Shown in pieces: positions 57,499-64,000 of a stretch of 64,000 nt of DNA (position 1 is its first letter; each line of letters begins with the position of its first letter). A program made the translations under genes and the position numbers. The DNA comes from a bacterium (GTDB lineage Bacteria > JADJOY01). A model generated the notes under the pieces. That model did not search any database. It was given only the letters and a program-made list of their open reading frames with translations, and was not told where the DNA came from. Location: NCBI GenBank assembly GCA_046331705.1, contig JAXLQJ010000012.1, positions 1-64,000 of the forward strand, read 5' to 3'.

Positions 57499-58343
57499 GC
57501 TCGTCGGTAGATCGTGTTGCCGCAGGGCTTGAACACGTCCTGCAGCGTCGCCAGGGATTCGGAGTGGCCGATCAGCAGATGTCCGTGCTGCGGATCGAGC
57601 AGCTCCCAGAAACGACGGAACAAGCGGTCCTGGGTCATCCGGTCGAAGTAGATCGCGACGTTGCGGCAGAAGATGAAGTCGAACGGCCCCTTCATCGGCC
57701 AGCTGCCCATGAGATTCAGCTGGCGGAAGGTGATGAGCTCGCGGATCTCTCGGCGCACGCGACGTGAGCCCTCGTTGGGGCCGGAGCCGCGCAGGAACCA
57801 GCGCCGCTCGTGGTCGGCCGTGATCCCCTCCATCTTGCTGTGCACGTAGATGCCTTCGGCGGCGCGGGCCAGGATGTCCGTGTCGATGTCGGTCGCGAGC
57901 ACCTTCACGTCCCAGCCGCGATCGAGGATGCCGCTCTCCGCGAGGGTGATCGCGAGCGAGTAGGGCTCCTCGCCGCTCGAGCAGCCCGCGGACCACACCC
58001 GCAGCCGGCGCTCCCGCTTGGTGGCGGAGATGAGCGGGAGCAGCTCCTCGAGCAGGAAGTCGAAGTGGTGCCGCTCGCGGAAGAACGAGGTCACGTTGGT
58101 GGTGATGGCGTTGACGAGCTGCTCGATCTCGCCGCTCGCCTTCCCCTCGACCATGTCGCAGTAGGGCCCGAACGCCGGCAGCCCGAGCGCGCGCAGGCGA
58201 CGCACCACGCGGTTGTAGACGAGGTCGCGCTTCTGATCGCTGAGGCGGATGCCGGTCTCGCTGTAGACGACCTTTCGCAGGCGATCGAAGTCGCGCGACG
58301 AGAGGACGTAGTCGCTGCCGGACGCGGTCTGGGTGGCGTTCAT
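57492..58343 (-). CDS. cheR: Chemotaxis methyltransferase
   Basis: TTNVTSFFRE, WSAGCSSGEEPYS, ATDID, IFCRNV. Confidence 0.96.
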   Translation of the reverse strand: MNATQTASGSDYVLSSRDFDRLRKVVYSETGIRLSDQKRDLVYNRVVRRLRALGLPAFGPYCDMVEGKASGEIEQLVNAITTNVTSFFRERHHFDFLLEELLPLISATKRERRLRVWSAGCSSGEEPYSLAITLAESGILDRGWDVKVLATDIDTDILARAAEGIYVHSKMEGITADHERRWFLRGSGPNEGSRRVRREIRELITFRQLNLMGSWPMKGPFDFIFCRNVAIYFDRMTQDRLFRRFWELLDPQHGHLLIGHSESLATLQDVFKPCGNTIYRRAC

Positions 58344-58446
58344 CGAACGAGGTCCTCGATGGGGAGGGGCTGCGGCGGCGCGGCGTGGGTCGGTTCACGT
58401 CGCGCCGAGACGAGCCGGTGGCGCGACACGCTCGAACGAGCTCGGC

Positions 58447-60558
58447 TCAGAACGTCTCCCATCGATCGTCGCCGGCGCCGTTGCCGTTGCCGCGGATCGG
58501 CGGCGCGTGGGAGACGGTGCGCACGGGGGGACGCGCCGCGGGATCGCTCGCCCCGGGCGGATCCGGCGGGGCCACGTGCGTGGCACGCGCTGGCGTCGCG
58601 GGCGCTGGACGAGCGGCGACGTTGCTCGTCGCGCTCTCGCTCACGCGAAAGAAGGCCATCAGTCGATCCAGCCTCTGCGCCTGGTCGGCCATCGCGGCGC
58701 TCGCCGCCGCCGCCTCTTCCACGAGGGTCGCGTTCTCCTGGGTGGTCGTGTCCATGTGAACCACCGTCTTGCCGACCTGATCGATCCCCGTGGCTTGCTC
58801 GGCGCTGGCGGCAGCGATCTCCGCGACGATGTCGCTCACTCGCCCGATGCTCGTGAGGATCGCCTGCAGGCTCTCGCCCGATTGATCGACGAGCTTGCGG
58901 CCCTCGGCCACCCTCGCGACGCTGTCGCGGATGAGCGTCTTGATCTCCTTGGCCGCGTCGGCCGAGCGCTGGGCCAGGTTGCGAACCTCGGCGGCCACCA
59001 CGGCGAATCCGCGCCCTTGCTCGCCGGCACGGGCCGCCTCGACCGCGGCGTTGAGCGCCAGCAAGTTGGTCTGAAAGGCGATCCCGTCGATGACGCCGAT
59101 GATCTCGGCGATCTTCTTGCTCGCGGTGTCGATGCCCGCCATGGCGCACATCGCCTCGCGCACGATCATGCCGCCCTTCTCGGCGACCACCCGAGCGCCG
59201 GTGGCGAGCTGATTCGCTTGCTGGGCGTTCCCGGCGTTGTGCTTCACCGAGCTCGTCATCTCCTCGAACGTCGCCGCGGTCTCCGCCAAGGCGGTGGCCT
59301 GCTCGCGGGTGCGCTGGTTCAGCTCGGCGTTGTCGGTCGAGATCGCGTTCGCGCCGCGCGTGATCGCCACGGCAGCGCCGTTGATCTCGTGGACCATGTC
59401 GCGGAGCCTCTCGATGGCGGTGTTGAGCGCCCGTCCCATCAAGCCGATCTCGTCGGACGATCGCACCTCCACTTGATTGCGGAGATCTCCGTCGGCGACG
59501 CCTTCCAGCACCCGCTCGGTCGCGATCAGGGGGTGCGAGATGCGGCGCGCGAGCACGATCGCCGCCAGCGCGATCACGAGGCACACGGCGAGCGCCGTCT
59601 CGACGAGATAGTTGCGCAGCGCCGTCGCGGCGGCGGTGGCCGCGCCGAGGTCCTGACGAACCAGCGCGATCCAGCCGTGCCCGGCGTACCCGTCCACGCC
59701 GCGTTCCTGGGCGTAGCCGTTGACCTGCAATCGACCGGTTCGCAAGTGCCGCTCGACCACGTAGCCCGCGTTCCCGCGGGCGGCCTGCTCGGCCGCCGCG
59801 AGCCCGCTCTCGAGCAGGTTGAGCTTCCCTTCCGCCGCGGCGTCCACGTCGTCGAGAACCAGGCCGGCGCGATTCAGGAGCTGCGTCTCCACGCCCTCGA
59901 TTCCGCGTTGCTCGAGGTTGGCGCGCAGGTGCGTCATCGCCGCCATGGCGACGCGGTCGTACGCGACCCGGTTCGACCAGACGCGAGCGACCTGGCCGCT
60001 CGCGTCACGAACCGGCGCCGCGAAATTCAGTGCGAAACCATTCGAGTGATAGACGTCGACGATCCAAGGATCGACGTAGAAGTCGCTGCTTCGGATCGCG
60101 TCGCCGGACGTCGCCGCGTCGAGCGCGCCCTGAAACCAGCTCTCGCCCTGGACGTTTCGGCCGAGGATCGCGGCGGTATCGATGGGCTTGCCTTGCGGAT
60201 CGACGGTGTTCACCGCGATCACGGTGCCGGTGCGATCGGCGACCACGACGAGGTCGTAGCAGCCGTACGCCTGCACGTGAGCGTTCGCCGCGACGGTGAG
60301 CTCGGCGGGACTGCCCGACGCCGTCGGGGACGACACCATGGCGAGGAGGTCCGCGCCACGGTCGGCGAGGTTGCGGTCGATCAGCTCGAGGACGTTCTCG
60401 GCATCGGCGCGCAGCGCGACGCCGGCCCTCTCGAGCAACGCGCGCTGGCTGTGGCGAAAAGCGAGGACGGCGATGACGGACATCGCGCCGATGCCCATGG
60501 CGAGGAAGCTGAGCACGAGCTTGGATTGCACGCTCCGAAAGGTCGCCCGTTTCCACAT
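58447..60558 (-). CDS. Transmembrane MCP with Cache-like sensor, HAMP and C-terminal pentapeptide
   Basis: Two TM segments, [20 protein letters not shown], ends RWETF. Confidence 0.93.
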   Translation of the reverse strand: MWKRATFRSVQSKLVLSFLAMGIGAMSVIAVLAFRHSQRALLERAGVALRADAENVLELIDRNLADRGADLLAMVSSPTASGSPAELTVAANAHVQAYGCYDLVVVADRTGTVIAVNTVDPQGKPIDTAAILGRNVQGESWFQGALDAATSGDAIRSSDFYVDPWIVDVYHSNGFALNFAAPVRDASGQVARVWSNRVAYDRVAMAAMTHLRANLEQRGIEGVETQLLNRAGLVLDDVDAAAEGKLNLLESGLAAAEQAARGNAGYVVERHLRTGRLQVNGYAQERGVDGYAGHGWIALVRQDLGAATAAATALRNYLVETALAVCLVIALAAIVLARRISHPLIATERVLEGVADGDLRNQVEVRSSDEIGLMGRALNTAIERLRDMVHEINGAAVAITRGANAISTDNAELNQRTREQATALAETAATFEEMTSSVKHNAGNAQQANQLATGARVVAEKGGMIVREAMCAMAGIDTASKKIAEIIGVIDGIAFQTNLLALNAAVEAARAGEQGRGFAVVAAEVRNLAQRSADAAKEIKTLIRDSVARVAEGRKLVDQSGESLQAILTSIGRVSDIVAEIAAASAEQATGIDQVGKTVVHMDTTTQENATLVEEAAAASAAMADQAQRLDRLMAFFRVSESATSNVAARPAPATPARATHVAPPDPPGASDPAARPPVRTVSHAPPIRGNGNGAGDDRWETF

Positions 60559-60626
60559 GGTCCACTACCTCGTCGCATCGTGCAGGCTTCCTCGACTGGG
60601 CATCGACTGCGGTTCGCCAGCGCGCG

Positions 60627-62549
60627 TCAGAATTCCTCCCAATGCTCCTCGTGGGTCACCGCCGCCGCCTTGGGCGCCGGTCGGCGCGGCTCCGCGGCGC
60701 GTACCACGGTGCGCTGCGGTTGCGGCGTGGGCTTCGCGGCGGCGGGCTTCACCGCGGCTCCGCCCCGATCCGCGGCGGCCGCGGCGGCGAGCTCGGTGCG
60801 GAAGAACTCCATCAGGCGGTCGAGGCCACGTGCTTGGTCCGCCATCGACTCGCTGGCCGCAGCCGATTCCTCGACCAGCGCCGCGTTCTCCTGCGTCGCC
60901 TTGTCCATCTGCATGACGGCCTTGTTCACCTGCTCGATCCCGCTCGCCTGCTCCTCGCTGGCGGCGGCGATCTCCGCGATGATGTCGCTCACCTTCTTCA
61001 CGCCGGCGACGATCTCACCGAGCGTCTCGCCCGATCGATTCACCAGCTTGCTGCCTTCGTCGACCTTGCCGACGCTCTCGTTGATGAGCGTCTTGATCTC
61101 CTTCGCCGCCGCCGCCGAGCGCTGGGCGAGGTTGCGGACCTCCGCGGCGACGACCGCGAACCCGCGGCCCTGATCGCCGGCGCGCGCCGCTTCCACGGCC
61201 GCGTTCAAGGCGAGCAGGTTGGTCTGGAACGCGATCTCGTCGATGACGCCGATGATCTCGGCGATCTTCTTGCTGGACGCGTTGATCTCGGCCATCGCCG
61301 AGATCGCCTGACCGACCACCGCGCCGCCCTTCTCGGCCACCTCGCGCGCGCTGGCGGCGAGCTGGTTGGCTTGCTGGGCGTTGTCCGCGTTCTGCTTGAC
61401 CGTGCTGGTCATCTCCTCGACGCTCGCGGCGGTCTCCTCGAGAGCCGAAGCCTGCTGCTGAGTGCGGTCGTTCAGGTTCGAGTTGCCGGCGGAGATCTCG
61501 TTCGAGCCCTTGGTGATGGCGCTCGACGCCTCGTTGATCTGGCCCACCATGTTCTTCAGATTGTCGATGCAGGCGTTGATCGCCGCGCTCAAGAGCTGGA
61601 ACTCACCGACGTAGTTGCCGTCCATGCGGTCCAGGAGGTTGCCCTCGGCCATGCTCTGCATGACGCGGACGCTGTCGGCGATGGCGAGCTTCTTGTCGGT
61701 GATCTCGGTGGCGTACTTCACGACCTTGAACGGCTTCCCGTTCAAGTCGAGGATCGGGTTGTAGGAGGCTTGGATCCAGACTTCCTTGCCGCCCTTGCCG
61801 ATGCGCTTGTACTCGGCGGCGTCGTACTCGCCGCGGTTGAGCTTCTCCCAGAAGGCGCGGTAGTCGGGGCTCGAGCGATAGACCGGGTCCACGAACAGGC
61901 TGTGGTGCTGACCCTTGATCTCGTCGAGCCGGTAGCCGAGCGCGTTCAGGAAGTTGTCGTTCGCGGTGATGACCGTGCCGTCCATGTTGAACTCGATGAC
62001 GGCCTGCGATTTCCCGATCGCCTCCGCGGCGGCCTTGAACGCGGCGTTTTGCTGCTCGACCTCGCGCGCCGAGGTGATGTCCTGCCACTCGAGCGTGCTG
62101 CCGGCGTAGTTGCCGGCCGCGTCGAACACCGCGCTCACGTGCTGGCGGATGCGCAGCGGGCCGATGTTGATCTCGCCGACGTGGGGGAGGTTCTTGGGGT
62201 CGCCGAGCAGCCGGCGCTGGCGCTCCGGGTTCGCGTGGAACGCGTCGATGCAGCTTCCCAGCACCCGATCGGCGGCGAAGCCCGGGTAGACCTTCTGGAG
62301 GACGGGTTCGAGCCCGCGCAGGAGCTCGAGCGACGACTTGTTGACGAAGGTCACGACCAGATCGCGGTCGACTGCCATGATCGCGGTCTTGACCCCGTCG
62401 AGCGCGGAACGCAGGCGAGCCACCTCGTGACTCCGTTCGTCCGCCTTCGCGGCGCGCGGCGCGCGGCGACTCGCGTCGTAAGCCGCGCTCGGCGTCTTGG
62501 TCTTGGCCTTGGCCCTGGCGGCAGTCACGCGTCGTTTCGCGGTCGGCAT
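60627..62549 (-). CDS. Cytoplasmic PAS-domain MCP (Aer2-like)
   Basis: No TM segments, two PAS domains ([16 protein letters not shown]...WIQASYNPI), MCP signature, ends HWEEF. Confidence 0.92.
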   Translation of the reverse strand: MPTAKRRVTAARAKAKTKTPSAAYDASRRAPRAAKADERSHEVARLRSALDGVKTAIMAVDRDLVVTFVNKSSLELLRGLEPVLQKVYPGFAADRVLGSCIDAFHANPERQRRLLGDPKNLPHVGEINIGPLRIRQHVSAVFDAAGNYAGSTLEWQDITSAREVEQQNAAFKAAAEAIGKSQAVIEFNMDGTVITANDNFLNALGYRLDEIKGQHHSLFVDPVYRSSPDYRAFWEKLNRGEYDAAEYKRIGKGGKEVWIQASYNPILDLNGKPFKVVKYATEITDKKLAIADSVRVMQSMAEGNLLDRMDGNYVGEFQLLSAAINACIDNLKNMVGQINEASSAITKGSNEISAGNSNLNDRTQQQASALEETAASVEEMTSTVKQNADNAQQANQLAASAREVAEKGGAVVGQAISAMAEINASSKKIAEIIGVIDEIAFQTNLLALNAAVEAARAGDQGRGFAVVAAEVRNLAQRSAAAAKEIKTLINESVGKVDEGSKLVNRSGETLGEIVAGVKKVSDIIAEIAAASEEQASGIEQVNKAVMQMDKATQENAALVEESAAASESMADQARGLDRLMEFFRTELAAAAAADRGGAAVKPAAAKPTPQPQRTVVRAAEPRRPAPKAAAVTHEEHWEEF

Positions 62550-62596
62550 TTCGTGCTTCTCCTTCCGGCCCGCGCTCGCTTGGCGCGGGTCTGATG

Positions 62597-63115
62597 TCAG
62601 TGGGTTTGGGCGTCCAATGAGATGAGCTCGCGCTCGTTCAGCAGCCGATCGATGTCGAGGAGGATGATCATCTTCTTGTCCACGGTCGCGAGGCCCTTGG
62701 CGAACTGCGCGTCCAACGCGGTCCCGAAATCCGGTGTTTCCTTGATCTCGTTCTCGGGCAGGTTGTAGACGTCGGAGACCGCGTCCACGACCACGCCCAT
62801 CACGCGGCTCTGCTCCCCGCGCTCGACCTTCACCACCACCACCACCGTGGTGCGGCCGTAGTCGGCGGAATCGAGCCCGAAGCGCTCGCGCAGGTCGATG
62901 ATCGGCACGATGGTGCCGCGCAGGTTGATGACGCCCTTCACGAACGTGGGCGTGTTCGGGAGCCGGGTCGCGCGCTCCCAGCCGCGGATCTCCTGCACCC
63001 GCAGGATGTCCACGCCGTATTCCTCGCCGGCGAGGATGAAGGTGAGGTATTGGCCGCCGTTCTCCGGCGATCCGCTGATGGTTCGATCGATCTCGGTCGT
63101 TTGTGCGGTGTTCAT
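62597..63115 (-). CDS. cheW: Chemotaxis coupling protein
   Basis: [26 protein letters not shown] 63115. Confidence 0.95.
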   Translation of the reverse strand: MNTAQTTEIDRTISGSPENGGQYLTFILAGEEYGVDILRVQEIRGWERATRLPNTPTFVKGVINLRGTIVPIIDLRERFGLDSADYGRTTVVVVVKVERGEQSRVMGVVVDAVSDVYNLPENEIKETPDFGTALDAQFAKGLATVDKKMIILLDIDRLLNERELISLDAQTH

Positions 63116-63125
63116 GATGGGTTCC

Positions 63126-64000
63126 TCAGGCCGCGGCGGCCATCTCTCCACGAGCCTCGGGCTCGTAGCCAGAAGTGGTGGCACGATGTCGTGAGATTTG
63201 AACGAGACCGGCGATGTCGAGGATCAACGCCACGACGCCGTTCCCCAGGATCGTGGCGCCCGAGACCCCCTCGAGCCGCCGGAAATTGGTTTCCAGGCTC
63301 TTGATGACGACTTGCTGCTGACCCAAGAGCTCGTCGACCACCAGCCCGAGCTTCTGGCCGTCGTTCTCGACCACCACCGTGAGCTGGCCCGAGAGCGAGC
63401 GGTGGCCGCCCGCCAAGCCGAAGAGCTCGTGCAGGCGCAGCACCGGGATGATCTCGTTGCGCAGGCGATAGACCTCGGCGCGCCCGGCGATCGAGTTGAG
63501 CAGCGCGCCCTGGATCTGCAGCGACTCGACGATCGAGACCAGCGGGATGATGTAGGTCTCTTGACCGACGCGCACGAGCTGGCCGTCGAGGATCGCGAGC
63601 GTCAGGGGCAGGCGGATGGCGAACGTGGTGCCGACGCCGGCTTCGGAGCGCACCGACACCGTGCCGCCCAGGTCCTGGATGTTGCGTCGCACCACGTCCA
63701 TGCCGACGCCGCGGCCCGAGACGTCGCTCACTTCCTTCGCGGTGGAGAGCCCGGGCAGGAAGATCAAGTCGAAGATCTGCTCGTCCGGGACGTCGCCGTC
63801 ACCGCCGATGAAGCCCTTCTTGCGGGCGGACTCGAGGATCCGGGCACGGTCGAGCCCGGCGCCGTCGTCGCGCACCTCGATCACCACGCTGCTGCCCTGG
63901 TGGAACGCGTTGAGGTGCACCACGCCGACCTCGGGCTTGCCGGCAGCGCGACGTTGCTCGGGCGGCTCCACGCCGTGGTCGATCGAGTTGCGGATCAGGT
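63126..64000 (-). CDS. cheA: Chemotaxis histidine kinase, C-terminal part (runs off the right edge)
   Basis: LIRNSIDHG, DDGAG, SGRGVGMDVV, LPLTLAI, P5 domain GQQQVVIK. Confidence 0.96.
   Translation of the reverse strand, partial: LIRNSIDHGVEPPEQRRAAGKPEVGVVHLNAFHQGSSVVIEVRDDGAGLDRARILESARKKGFIGGDGDVPDEQIFDLIFLPGLSTAKEVSDVSGRGVGMDVVRRNIQDLGGTVSVRSEAGVGTTFAIRLPLTLAILDGQLVRVGQETYIIPLVSIVESLQIQGALLNSIAGRAEVYRLRNEIIPVLRLHELFGLAGGHRSLSGQLTVVVENDGQKLGLVVDELLGQQQVVIKSLETNFRRLEGVSGATILGNGVVALILDIAGLVQISRHRATTSGYEPEARGEMAAAA

Noticed and set aside
58640-61500. Nucleotide similarity between the two adjacent MCP genes
   Set aside because: Ordinary conservation of the MCP signalling domain.
1-64000. 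DGR template repeat or reverse transcriptase inside the window
   Set aside because: I found no third copy of the VR flanks on either strand by eye, and no ORF with RT motifs.

Overview
High-GC bacterial chromosomal window with about 55 protein-coding genes. I recognised no rRNA, tRNA, CRISPR array, transposase or reverse transcriptase. The standout region is 1896-10757, which looks like an immunity island. A small helical protein is followed by two NACHT-type NTPases that each end in an FGE-sulfatase/C-type-lectin-fold domain, then an AlbA_2(Schlafen)-HATPase gene and a ParA-like gene. Two sequence signals link these genes. (1) A ~20-aa G/A/T/V-rich motif occurs at the C-terminus of the small protein and just before the NACHT domain in both large proteins, the layout of NLR-associated amyloid signalling motifs. 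(2) The 3' ends of the two NACHT genes are identical except for 14 substitutions in 10 codons. Every one of those codons changes amino acid, and 13 of the 14 changes sit at codon positions 1/2, the signature of diversity-generating retroelement (DGR) variable regions. No template or RT is present in this window. The rest of the window holds a CreBC-like two-component system with a perfect cre-tag upstream of a DUF1361 gene, arsR-arsM, a DUF692/DUF2063/Cys-rich precursor (bufferin-like RiPP) operon, an ArsR-SRPBCC operon, hydrolases, a P450, pilT, a glycosyltransferase-like pair, and a large chemosensory operon running off the right edge. Several apparent frameshifts suggest either local pseudogenes or indel errors in the assembly. 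All family calls come from motif recognition by eye, not from database searches.
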